From an uncultured cyanobacterium (lineage in GTDB: Bacteria; Cyanobacteriota; Cyanobacteriia; Cyanobacteriales; CAWCAG01): a stretch of 64,000 nucleotides of DNA. The stretch lies in contig CAWCAG010000009.1 of the NCBI GenBank assembly GCA_963793425.1, positions 576,001-640,000 of the forward strand, given 5' to 3'. Made by a program: the position numbers and the translations under genes. The notes beneath the pieces are model-generated. The model was not told the origin of the DNA, made no database searches, and saw nothing but the letters and a program-made list of their open reading frames with translations. This document shows, one piece after another, positions 31,082 through 42,079 of the stretch (position 1 is its first letter; each line of letters begins with the position of its first letter).

Positions 31082-33343
31082 CTAATTAGCGCAGGCGGCA
31101 CAGCCTTCACCCTTTTCTTTGAAATCATCTTTTTGGACAGTGCGGATATAATAAACTGCTTTACATCCTTCTTCCCAAGCCATGATCAAAGTTTCGAGGA
31201 TATCTTTTGCTTTAAGGCAACGTTCTGGTTCTTCGGGGAAGTAAACTCCTTTGTTCAGGTTGAAGAGTAATTCCATGGAAATGCCTGTATCAATCCATTT
31301 TTGGATCGTTGCTACGGCTTTGACAACCTCTTTTTGATCTAGAGTTTTGTTTTCCCGGTAGAACCAAAAACTCTCTTTGATGAAGGGGGGGGCGATGGGG
31401 ACTGTTCCTTTGGCCCATTTGTCGTAGAAGAACTTGCTATAAACCGGCAAAATACTTGCTGTACAACCTTGCACTAAAGACGAAGATGTATTAGGTGCGA
31501 TCGCAGTGATATGAGAATTACGAATGCCATGTTTAACAATTTCTTCCCCTAGGGTAACCCAACGCCCATGATCTTTAGCATTGGCTTTAAACCAAGCTAG
31601 AGGTTTAGCACCAACGAGTTTACCTTTGCTCCATTCACTACCAGCAAAAGCAGGGTAAGCCCCCCTTTCTTGGGCCAATTCCATGGAGGCATAGGTGCAA
31701 TAGTAGCCAATTTCTTCAAAAAGGTAACTTATTTCTGGTAAACAGCTATAGGATAGCTTACGCTTGGCTAGCCAGTCCGCTAAGCCCATGCAACCGACTC
31801 CAATGGTACGATACTTGTTATTGTGGGTTTGGCTAGCTGGGAAAGGAGGAGAGGTTAAATCGATGGTGTTATCTAACAGACGTACAGCGATGCGGCTGAT
31901 GTTGGGTAACTCGGTTTCTTCAGTGTTGGCTAAGTTAATGCTACAAAGGTTACAAGTATGGGCTTCCAGTCCGGGTTTAACATTCGACCAAGATTCTTGA
32001 CATAAGTTGCCACCGGGTATGTAACCCTCATGTTGGTTGGGGTTCGCCCGATTTGCAGCATCCTTAAACCAGAGATAGGGCATTCCCGTTTCTACTTGGG
32101 CTTTCATGATGGCTTTGAAAAGTTCACGGGCATTAACTTTTTTATAAAGTTTGATTTTTGTGTCTAAGGCAGCTTCAATTTGTTCGTAAGCTGCTTCAAA
32201 TTTTTCTCCCCAAAGTTCAGCAAACTCAATACCTAACTTAGTGCGTATCTCGTAAGGATCGACTAATGTCCACTGTTCCTTAGCTACTACCCGTCGCATA
32301 AATTCATCGGAAATGACTAATTGAGGGAAAATATCGTAAGCTTTGCGACGCTGATCTCCATTTTCCGTTTGCATCTCCAAAAATTCAGGGACATCAAGAT
32401 GCCAGATATCTACGCTAACTGTGACAGCACCAGCCCTACGCCCTCCCTGATTAACGGCGATCGCAGTGTCATTGAGCAATTTGATCCAAGGAATTACCCC
32501 CCCGGAAGCATTTTTCTTCCCCATCACCCAACTACCAGTGGCACGAATACGACTGACATTAACCCCTACACCACCACCATTTTTAGAAATTCTTGCTGTA
32601 TCAGTAATGGTTGAGAAAATACTTTCTAAATTGTCATCCATAGCAGCGATAAAGCAGCTACTCAAAGAACCATTGGGAACTCTGAGGTTTGCTAAAATCG
32701 GGGTGGCAAGGGAAATCTTACGAGTTGCGATCGCAACATAAAACTTCTCAGCCCAGCTTAGACGCTCATGGGGGCTTTCTTGGGATGCCAGCAACAAAGC
32801 ACAGGTTAACAGGGCTTCTTGGGGCAGTTCGTCGTCAAGGAGATAACGATTGGTGAGTAGGACAGCCCCCGCATAATCATAGTCTGTGTCCCAATCTGGA
32901 TTAATCCAACTACCAGCTTCTGTTAATTCTTCGGTGCTATAAACAGAAATGGCTGGATCATATTGGTTGCTTTTTACCTTGTCTGCCACTGTTTGGGCAT
33001 AATTACCATATTGATAACCACGGGCTACTAAGATATCTTTCCACAAACTCCAGATATGGAGTCTCCCGGCTACATAACGCCAGTCAGGTTCAGTAGGGCT
33101 ACACATTTCCAAAGCGCAGTTAATCAAGTTAGCTTGAATCTCTCTGGTGGTAACGCCACTTCTGAGGCGGGTTTTCAATCCAGCTTCCAAGGTGATAGGA
33201 TTAGCTTCGGTTCCAGCACAAGCCCAATCAACAACAGACCGAATTTTAGATACGTTGAGGGGCGCTTTCGCACCATTCCGCCTGATAACTTGAATATTAG
33301 CTCGATTGTCAGAGTTTACCGTTGTTGATAGGGTCTGTTGCAT
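31082..33343 (-). CDS. nrdA: Class I ribonucleotide reductase alpha subunit with N-terminal ATP cone
   Basis: VIRRNG ATP cone, ATPILAN..LSSCF, NQGGRRAGA, NLCQE, APNTSSS, YYIR, C-terminal CAAC. ATG at 33343 preferred. Confidence 0.94.
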   Translation of the reverse strand: MQQTLSTTVNSDNRANIQVIRRNGAKAPLNVSKIRSVVDWACAGTEANPITLEAGLKTRLRSGVTTREIQANLINCALEMCSPTEPDWRYVAGRLHIWSLWKDILVARGYQYGNYAQTVADKVKSNQYDPAISVYSTEELTEAGSWINPDWDTDYDYAGAVLLTNRYLLDDELPQEALLTCALLLASQESPHERLSWAEKFYVAIATRKISLATPILANLRVPNGSLSSCFIAAMDDNLESIFSTITDTARISKNGGGVGVNVSRIRATGSWVMGKKNASGGVIPWIKLLNDTAIAVNQGGRRAGAVTVSVDIWHLDVPEFLEMQTENGDQRRKAYDIFPQLVISDEFMRRVVAKEQWTLVDPYEIRTKLGIEFAELWGEKFEAAYEQIEAALDTKIKLYKKVNARELFKAIMKAQVETGMPYLWFKDAANRANPNQHEGYIPGGNLCQESWSNVKPGLEAHTCNLCSINLANTEETELPNISRIAVRLLDNTIDLTSPPFPASQTHNNKYRTIGVGCMGLADWLAKRKLSYSCLPEISYLFEEIGYYCTYASMELAQERGAYPAFAGSEWSKGKLVGAKPLAWFKANAKDHGRWVTLGEEIVKHGIRNSHITAIAPNTSSSLVQGCTASILPVYSKFFYDKWAKGTVPIAPPFIKESFWFYRENKTLDQKEVVKAVATIQKWIDTGISMELLFNLNKGVYFPEEPERCLKAKDILETLIMAWEEGCKAVYYIRTVQKDDFKEKGEGCAACAN

Positions 33344-33402
33344 ACCTGATGAATAGGAGTTAATTTTGTTGATACTACTTGACTTGCAACTAAGCAAATC
33401 AA

Positions 33403-33460
33403 ACACCATAGACAGTGCAATGGATCAGTATTATACGCAAAAACACACTATTGATAGTGT
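33403..33460. promoter_or_regulatory. Tandem NrdR boxes upstream of nrdA
   Basis: ACACCATAGACAGTGC (33403-33418) and ACACTATTGATAGTGT (33445-33460) fit the acaCwAtATaTwGtgt consensus; 42 bp apart. Confidence 0.8.
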
Positions 33461-33596
33461 TATTTTCACAAAGCCTACAGAATCAATCAGCTTAAGAGGA
33501 TCTTTCCCGGTTAAAAAGTTATTGCTGAACAGTTTTACACTAGAAATGGAGGATTTGAGTACAAATCTTATTTAATTTTTTGGCATTTCTGGAACT

Positions 33597-33980
33597 ATGA
33601 CTTTAAAGTATGAAAATTTGGTAGCTATTGATGAAGAACTTTCCCAGCGCTTCATTGAACTTGATCCGGCTGGTTATTTTATTATTTATTTAAACCAAGG
33701 GAAAAGTTTAATCTGTGCCGAACACTATACCAACGAGATTAACGAACAGGGTTTGGCAGTAGATCCTGAAACAGGAAAGCCTTTTCCTTGTGATAAACCT
33801 TTGCAGCGAACTCCTACAGCCGTTTTTACTGGCAGGACAGCGAAGGAATTAGGCATAAAAATTACTGAAGAAGCTCAACCTTGTCCTCTTTCCTATTTAG
33901 CTCATGCTCTTTATTTAGGTAGGGAGTTTGCTAAGGCGGAAATAGCTTTAGTTAATGGTACAGAATATATACAAGATTAG
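33597..33980 (+). CDS. DUF4346 domain protein
   Basis: LDPAGYFII, GRTAKEL, HALYLGREFAKAE..YIQD. Confidence 0.85.
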   Translation: MTLKYENLVAIDEELSQRFIELDPAGYFIIYLNQGKSLICAEHYTNEINEQGLAVDPETGKPFPCDKPLQRTPTAVFTGRTAKELGIKITEEAQPCPLSYLAHALYLGREFAKAEIALVNGTEYIQD

Positions 33981-34049
33981 TTAAGATTGCCGAAGGAATA
34001 GGGAAGACAACAAAAATTAGCAACTAGCAACCAGCTATTAGCAAAACAA

Positions 34050-34157
34050 TCAAGAAGCCCAAATAACTAGCCACAAAATTGCCCCAGCCACAATCCCTAA
34101 TAGAAAAAGACTAAAAATGAGACGGAGGAGGAAAAAGAAAGCTTCTTGGTCGTTCAT
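34050..34157 (-). CDS. Putative 35-aa single-TM small protein
   Basis: MNDQEAFFFLLRLIFSLFLLGIVAGAILWLVIWAS*; bracketed by STRR runs; below the ORF-track cutoff. Confidence 0.45.
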   Translation of the reverse strand: MNDQEAFFFLLRLIFSLFLLGIVAGAILWLVIWAS

Positions 34158-34240
34158 TTTTGGTTAAAATGCTGTAAGTTGAAACAGCCTTGATCATTGA
34201 GCATTAAACATTAAACATTTATCATTTGATAACTGAACAG

Positions 34241-34873
34241 ATGTCTTTATTTTTCCACGAACAACTTTACCGTAGTCCTGAATTGATGGGGAATCTTAAA
34301 GACTTTGCGATTACTATTTGTGGGGCAGGAGCTTTAGGAGCTAATATAACAGAAAATTTGGCTCGTGCTGGTTGTGGTAATTTGCGAGTAATAGACTGCG
34401 ATCGCATTGAAGAACACAACCTTTCTACTCAACCTTATTATAAGTCTGATGTTGGGGCATATAAAGCTAAAATTGTTACCAATAGTTTATATCGTGCTTT
34501 GGGAGTAGCTATAGATGGGCGTTCTCAAGAATTAACAGCAAATAACTGTCAGCAATTGTTAGCTAATAGTAGTTTGGTAATTGATGCTTTTGATAATAGT
34601 GTGACACGACAAATAGTTAAAGATTATTGTCTAAAAGCTAATTTACCTTGTCTTCATGCAGGGTTAGCAAAAGATTATGCTGAAGTAATTTGGAATGATG
34701 TTTACCGCATCCCTTCTGATGTTAATGATGATATTTGTGACTATCCTTTAGCCCGCAATTTAGTAATGTTAACCGTAGCAGTTGCTTGCGAAGTAATTAT
34801 TAGATTTGTTGCTACCGAACAACAAGAAAATTACACTTTAACATTAGAAGATTTTGCTGTTAAATTTTTATAA
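34241..34873 (+). CDS. ThiF/HesA/MoeB family adenylyltransferase
   Basis: ICGAGALG, VIDCDRIEEHNLSTQ, VIDAFDN. Confidence 0.88.
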   Translation: MSLFFHEQLYRSPELMGNLKDFAITICGAGALGANITENLARAGCGNLRVIDCDRIEEHNLSTQPYYKSDVGAYKAKIVTNSLYRALGVAIDGRSQELTANNCQQLLANSSLVIDAFDNSVTRQIVKDYCLKANLPCLHAGLAKDYAEVIWNDVYRIPSDVNDDICDYPLARNLVMLTVAVACEVIIRFVATEQQENYTLTLEDFAVKFL

Positions 34874-35007
34874 TCAAGAAAAAAGTAAGAGAAATCAGGT
34901 TGGGTACATTTCATATTTGTAAAAACACGCTTGGTCAATTGCCAAAACAATTTAATTTTTCAGAAGCAAAGTTGTTATTTTGAATTACTGCTCAAAAGGA
35001 GAGAAAA

Positions 35008-35580
35008 GTGTCTCAGGATTATGAAAATAAGTTTTGGCAGGAAGTTCGTCAACGCAAGTCCAAGAAACACAAGAAACATAGACAAAAATTCTTATTTGCT
35101 GCGTTAGGACTGATTATTGCGGGAATAATTTATTCTCTCCATCAAGGCTTCTATTTAGCCTTTGTGTTGTTATATTTAATGGGAACAATTTTAATAACGA
35201 CGCTTATTTCTCTGCGGTATCAGCATCTATCGAAAAAACAGATTGTGGGAGTTGCCATACTACTACTTGTGTTGGGTTTCCAGGCTAAACCATTCTCTGT
35301 TGACAGCCTTTTCACTCAGTTAACTATTCCTGATAATTATAGTAAACCAATCGAAGTTGGATTTACAAAAGTTGAGGACAACAAATTTTCCTTTCTTGAC
35401 CTGGTAAGCTTAGGTAAAAAAGAAAAGCAAGAAGATTTGTCATTGCAATGGTGTCCCCTTGATACAGTAGAAGAAGATGTTCAGGCAAGCTGTCAATTTC
35501 CCAGATCAGGTATTTACGAAGCTTTTATGTTTGTTGATAAGAAGTCTGTTGGGCAGCTCAAGTTCAAGGTGGCAAGCTAA
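35008..35580 (+). CDS. Hypothetical membrane protein
   Basis: Basic N-terminus, three hydrophobic helices, short beta-rich C-terminus; AGGAG upstream of GTG. Confidence 0.65.
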   Translation: MSQDYENKFWQEVRQRKSKKHKKHRQKFLFAALGLIIAGIIYSLHQGFYLAFVLLYLMGTILITTLISLRYQHLSKKQIVGVAILLLVLGFQAKPFSVDSLFTQLTIPDNYSKPIEVGFTKVEDNKFSFLDLVSLGKKEKQEDLSLQWCPLDTVEEDVQASCQFPRSGIYEAFMFVDKKSVGQLKFKVAS

Positions 35581-35601
35581 TCACGCTGTTGATTAGACTA
35601 G

Positions 35602-37635
<2,034 letters not shown>

Positions 37636-38185
37636 AGGGGATTTTTTCGTTGTTGTGGCGAAATGTTTTAATTTTTGATTGGAAAACGGTTTTTCAGGAC
37701 GCACCTTTTCCACCATATACATAATATCATGTCAAGTCAGAAAAAGAGCAATAATTTTGCGTCAATTTAGAATCAATAAGCAAAACTTTTCTTTCTTGTT
37801 CTCAAGGATTAAATGATTCAAACCTTAGCAGTTTTTGAGAGTGTTTATGAATTTATGTCAAGAACGCTTCCATAAGGTTTTGAAAGGGGTTTCTTTTGTA
37901 ATAGAATTAATCAAGATTTATAAACAATGATATTTTGCCTCTCTTATGCCTAAAACAATCTTTCACTGAGCAAAACCACCTTATAATGGGGCTTTGCTTT
38001 AGATTGAACAGGTTAAGGAGAGAGATTCTACAATAATACAAGCTATAATACAATCACTTCTTTTTGAGACTGCATTTAATCATCTATTGACAAAATTTTG
38101 CTTTAATAGTATCTTCCCTCTCTTACGAACCTGGCGAAAATATTATCTACTATTTTGAGATACCTACGAAATACCCATTCAAGTC

Positions 38186-38827
38186 TTAATCAAAATCCCC
38201 CCAATCATCAATGATTTCATATAAAACACTCCATAAAGCAGGATCAAGTTCTTGATTATAGGAATTAGGATATTGAGGAGAGGGCATAAAAACATAAAGC
38301 ATGAAGCGAGTACCTGCATAAGGACAGATTTTAAAAGCAAGGTTGCGCTTTGTTGTCTGAAATTCAACTACATTAGGGGCAATTCTTATTGATTTAATTG
38401 CTTCGGTACTCACACCATAATTATTCCTCAAAACAAAGTGTAGGCGGCTATTTCGACTCAAAACTGCTGTTACCGCAGAGGAACTATCTATGGTTTTCCA
38501 TACCTGGGGATAAGTCCACAAACCAAAACCCATCAAACCATTAAAAGCCAATTGACGATAGCGATCGCAGTGAAGAGGTTCAAGTTCCACTAAACCAATA
38601 GGTTGAGAATTATCGTAGCGCATTTGACAAACAATCACATCATCCGGCAATAGATCCAATTCATAAACCAATGCTTCTCCGGAATCCCTTTCCCAAATCA
38701 ACTCATGTCTCCCTGGAGGGACAGCATCAAAACCGCGAAATCCTCCCTTGATGTTTACTACCACCCCATCAATTTTTAATGAGGTTTTAGGAAGATTGCT
38801 TAAGACAATACAACCGTATCCATACAT
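38186..38827 (-). CDS. Hypothetical protein; N-terminus resembles the AAR2 N-terminal domain
   Basis: IVLSNLPK-TSLKID..FRGFDAVPPGRHEL..LWTYP; similarity judged by eye against AAR2 as recalled. Confidence 0.65.
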   Translation of the reverse strand: MYGYGCIVLSNLPKTSLKIDGVVVNIKGGFRGFDAVPPGRHELIWERDSGEALVYELDLLPDDVIVCQMRYDNSQPIGLVELEPLHCDRYRQLAFNGLMGFGLWTYPQVWKTIDSSSAVTAVLSRNSRLHFVLRNNYGVSTEAIKSIRIAPNVVEFQTTKRNLAFKICPYAGTRFMLYVFMPSPQYPNSYNQELDPALWSVLYEIIDDWGDFD

Positions 38828-38897
38828 TAATTTTCTTTCTCAAATAATCATACTAAACCTTACATTTTTAAAGAGCGATCGCACCAGCCAAGCTTAG

Positions 38898-39785
38898 TTA
38901 TAAAGATTCAATTTCTTGTTGAGAAAGTTGAGTTATTTTCATGATAGTTTCTATATCTAAACCTTGTTGTTTGCAAGAGCGAGCGATTTCTATAGTCTTC
39001 TGTTGTTTTCCTTCTTCAACACCTCTAATTTCTGCTTGTTCAAGTTCCCATTGTGTCTCAAACTCTTGGGTACTCAACATACTTGCTTCGTAACTCTTAT
39101 TCTGCATATAATGAGAGTAAGCAATTATTTCTTGTTCTGATAAATTGTTTACTCGCAAAGCTTCTTTAGCTTCCACCATACCTTTAGCCGCAAATTCTTC
39201 TTTGATATTGCTATTTTTAAGAAAGTAAATCCATTCATCTAAAGGGTTATTAGCTTCATCGTTAAAGTTGTTGACTTTCAATAGGTAATATTCAGGAAAG
39301 ATATCTGCTACTGCTTCTATATGAAATTTCACTTCCTGAGTTTTCAGAGGTTGAAGAATATCTCCTAAGTTAACTCCGATAAAATTACCACGATGATGAT
39401 ATATATAATCGTCTCCTACTCCTAAGTTAAAGTAAACTATATTAACTGAATAGACCTTTTTGATTTCGCCATACTTTTCCCCTTGCTTAAGATATTCAAC
39501 CACTAATCTCGACACGCCATAAAGCATCCGGTGAAAATAATCGATTTGGGCGTTATTTTGCACCTCAATGAGAATTAATTCCCCTTCTGGTGTTTCAGCA
39601 AGGATATCGACTCGATTGATTTTATCTTCTTCTGTCTCTGGATTGCCTTCGCTTTCGAGAAGGGTTTTAATAGTAAGTTCCTGATGTAATAATTCGCTTA
39701 AAAATCCTTCTAAGACTACATAGTTAGCCTTGTTGCGTAGTACTTTCTTAATAGCCCAGTCAAAGCGAATATGAGTGTTTGGCAT
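38898..39785 (-). CDS. Rpn family recombination-promoting nuclease / PD-(D/E)XK putative transposase
   Basis: RFDWAIKK, RVDILA..LIEVQ, LDEWIYFLK, C-terminal EEGK..EIAR..GLDIETIMKITQLS. Confidence 0.9.
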   Translation of the reverse strand: MPNTHIRFDWAIKKVLRNKANYVVLEGFLSELLHQELTIKTLLESEGNPETEEDKINRVDILAETPEGELILIEVQNNAQIDYFHRMLYGVSRLVVEYLKQGEKYGEIKKVYSVNIVYFNLGVGDDYIYHHRGNFIGVNLGDILQPLKTQEVKFHIEAVADIFPEYYLLKVNNFNDEANNPLDEWIYFLKNSNIKEEFAAKGMVEAKEALRVNNLSEQEIIAYSHYMQNKSYEASMLSTQEFETQWELEQAEIRGVEEGKQQKTIEIARSCKQQGLDIETIMKITQLSQQEIESL

Positions 39786-39846
39786 TTTCTTGTACTGGTT
39801 CTAGCATTAGTTCTGTTTTAATTCTACTCTCATTACAATCAAGCCA

Positions 39847-41049
39847 CTAACTAATCTTTTTCTCAAATGAACTAAATATCGCCTCGCGAATTATTTTCAT
39901 GTCCCCGTTAATGTAGCTAATCCAAAATGATTTAATTTTCTCTTGTATATATTCTAAATCGCCATCTTCGTAATCTGAAGAAGTAAGAATCGGCACAACA
40001 CAAACTTGACTCCATCCTTCTTCTTTAAGTTTGCTTCTTTTCAATCCTTCTATATTCAACTCTTTAAGATATTCATATATTTCTTGTTTTACTTGTTTAT
40101 TTCCAGGGCTAATAACTAGGTGAAATTCGAGCTTTTGAGGCTCATTCCAAAACTCAAATAACAATATTCGCTGACTACTTGTCCATCTCTGACAAGTCTT
40201 CTGAAATGCCAAATCATCCCATTCTTTTGCTGCAAAACGAATCCACTGCTTTTCGTTTTCATCTTGTTCAATATTTTCTTCTTGTGTATCATCTTGAATA
40301 AGTTGCCCTATAAATTCTTCAATGTCTGACCGAAGATCCGGACGATGTTCGTAAATTAAATCAATAGCTTGACGATGCTGTTTGTAAATCTTGCGACAAA
40401 TTTCGGCAATATCTGATTCACTCATAAAATGTCTCCTAACTAAATCGATATAATGACTCATTGAAATATAAATATCTTCCTCGATACTTGATTTTTTTTC
40501 GTTACAAATTGCCTCGATAATATCGGCAATTGTTCCATAACTAAGAGATAACCACCTATGGTTAGAAGCCGCAATACCTTCTTTTGTAAGATAAATAAAG
40601 ACTTTTTTGCAGTTAGGAAACTCTTTATCAATTATTCCTTCATAATTTATGAGTTGGTTGAAACCTTCTGAAGAGTCAACTTTGTTTTCAATGGTGCAAA
40701 CCAAGCTATTGTCGCGAGAATAAATGAGAAGATCAATATTTTTCCATTCACGACGTACTTCAGCATCACCAAAATTTGCAATAGTAACTTCAATGCTGTT
40801 TAAAGGTGCATCTTTCGAGCCAGCTAAAATACTGATTAAGAGCTTTTTTAGAAATAAATCACCGATTTGATGTTTTTCAGATGGATCTAGTAAAAACCTA
40901 ATGAAATTAGAATGCTTAATCTCCTGGCGAACCATGCCAATGGCTTCAAAAATATTAAATCTAGATATTTTAGACTCTAGATGTTCCAACTCCTTATTAT
41001 CAACAACAAACCTTTCCAGGATTGCTCTTTTGTCTTGATTTGATGTCAT
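39847..41049 (-). CDS. PD-(D/E)XK nuclease family protein (PDDEXK_4-like)
   Basis: FNIFEA..EIKHSNFIRFLLDP..H, REWKNIDLLI, IENKV..QL..Y, IYLT. Confidence 0.85.
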   Translation of the reverse strand: MTSNQDKRAILERFVVDNKELEHLESKISRFNIFEAIGMVRQEIKHSNFIRFLLDPSEKHQIGDLFLKKLLISILAGSKDAPLNSIEVTIANFGDAEVRREWKNIDLLIYSRDNSLVCTIENKVDSSEGFNQLINYEGIIDKEFPNCKKVFIYLTKEGIAASNHRWLSLSYGTIADIIEAICNEKKSSIEEDIYISMSHYIDLVRRHFMSESDIAEICRKIYKQHRQAIDLIYEHRPDLRSDIEEFIGQLIQDDTQEENIEQDENEKQWIRFAAKEWDDLAFQKTCQRWTSSQRILLFEFWNEPQKLEFHLVISPGNKQVKQEIYEYLKELNIEGLKRSKLKEEGWSQVCVVPILTSSDYEDGDLEYIQEKIKSFWISYINGDMKIIREAIFSSFEKKIS

Positions 41050-41205
41050 AGGAACAGTTGATTTTTACCTATTAATAACCTTTTTGATAACCTTCAAGGG
41101 TTGATAAGCTAATCGGCATTTAAATTTAATAAGACATTTATACAGGGTAGCGACTTCAGCCTGAGTATATCCCAATTTAAATGATTAACAGCTTAGCTTA
41201 ACTTA

Positions 41206-41550
41206 CTAATTAATAGCAAAATCTGTATATTTCCGCATTGAGGGAGCGTGAAAAGCTAGAACAATATCTTGTTTGGGAACACCTAAAGCTACTAAAGCAT
41301 TAGCAATTCCTTCTTCTGTACCATCATGTTGAATCCAGATTTTGCCGTCTTTAATATCTAAATGTAAAACACAGCCATAATTGCGATCTTCATTATAATT
41401 CCAACCAACATTGACTAACTGATAATGGTCTCTTTCCGTATCAAAAATAAGTTGCTTTTCCACCGGAGATGGATATAAATTATTTTTTGTACGTTCTACT
41501 CTTTCTGTTAGTAGTTGTTGAATATAAATTCGATATTGCTCTACTGCCAT
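41206..41550 (-). CDS. xisI: XisI family protein
   Basis: DHYQLVNVGW, HLDIKDGKIWIQHDGTEEGIA..GVPKQDIVLAFH. Confidence 0.92.
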   Translation of the reverse strand: MAVEQYRIYIQQLLTERVERTKNNLYPSPVEKQLIFDTERDHYQLVNVGWNYNEDRNYGCVLHLDIKDGKIWIQHDGTEEGIANALVALGVPKQDIVLAFHAPSMRKYTDFAIN

Positions 41551-41951
41551 TGAAGAATTACCTCCTCATTTGGATTATAAACTAATAGATTTATTTGACT
41601 GCGTTGCACAGTATTTTGAATAAATTGTAAAGTGAAAAACCTTCTGTAAACTTTGAGAGGCACTGCAAGGTAAAGCATACGATTTGGCTCTTGCTCTTCG
41701 AGAGCATAATAATAATCTAAGTATTGTCCATGGGCTGTATGGAATTCAGAAATTAGAGAAGGGCTAATGAAACTTTTGATTTCTACAGCTATTTTAGTAC
41801 CATTACGTTCGGCTCCAAGAAGTTGTTCGGCTCCTAAATCGATATACATTTCCACACCACCTACTGAAAGCTGATAAGGATCATGAGTAATTTGCCAACC
41901 ATCCTTTTGCAGTGCTATTTTCACCGCGTCATGAAAAACATCTTTTGCCAT
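41541..41951 (-). CDS. xisH: XisH family protein
   Basis: AKDVFHDAVK.AL.KDGW.ITHDP, DLGAE, IAVEIKSF, GQY; overlaps the xisI start. Confidence 0.92.
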   Translation of the reverse strand: MAKDVFHDAVKIALQKDGWQITHDPYQLSVGGVEMYIDLGAEQLLGAERNGTKIAVEIKSFISPSLISEFHTAHGQYLDYYYALEEQEPNRMLYLAVPLKVYRRFFTLQFIQNTVQRSQINLLVYNPNEEVILQWQ

Positions 41952-42079
41952 CTAAGGGAAGTAAGTTGAAGATAAAAATCATTTTATTTAAGTCTAATAC
42001 TTACTACAAAATCAATCAAATAATTTATATGCCACAGTAATCAAGCAATGCGATCTCTTGTTTTACCCATCACTTTTAA

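Noticed and set aside
29998..33343. Intein or intron in the RNR genes, or phage origin
   Set aside because: Both ORFs are continuous and of normal length, contain HIP1 sites (nrdA) and have NrdR boxes; no phage genes nearby.
34241..34873. ThiF protein as part of a CBASS/ubiquitin-like defence or RiPP system
   Set aside because: No E2, JAB, cyclase or recognisable precursor/ubiquitin-like gene adjacent.
37636..38185. 550-bp AT-rich gap between convergent genes as an RNA gene or IS remnant
   Set aside because: No convincing ORF, terminal repeats or stable structure found by eye; left unexplained.
41206..41951. Heterocyst-type fdxN excision element implied by xisHI
   Set aside because: No XisF-like recombinase and no interrupted nif/fdxN gene; standalone xisHI pairs are common in cyanobacteria.
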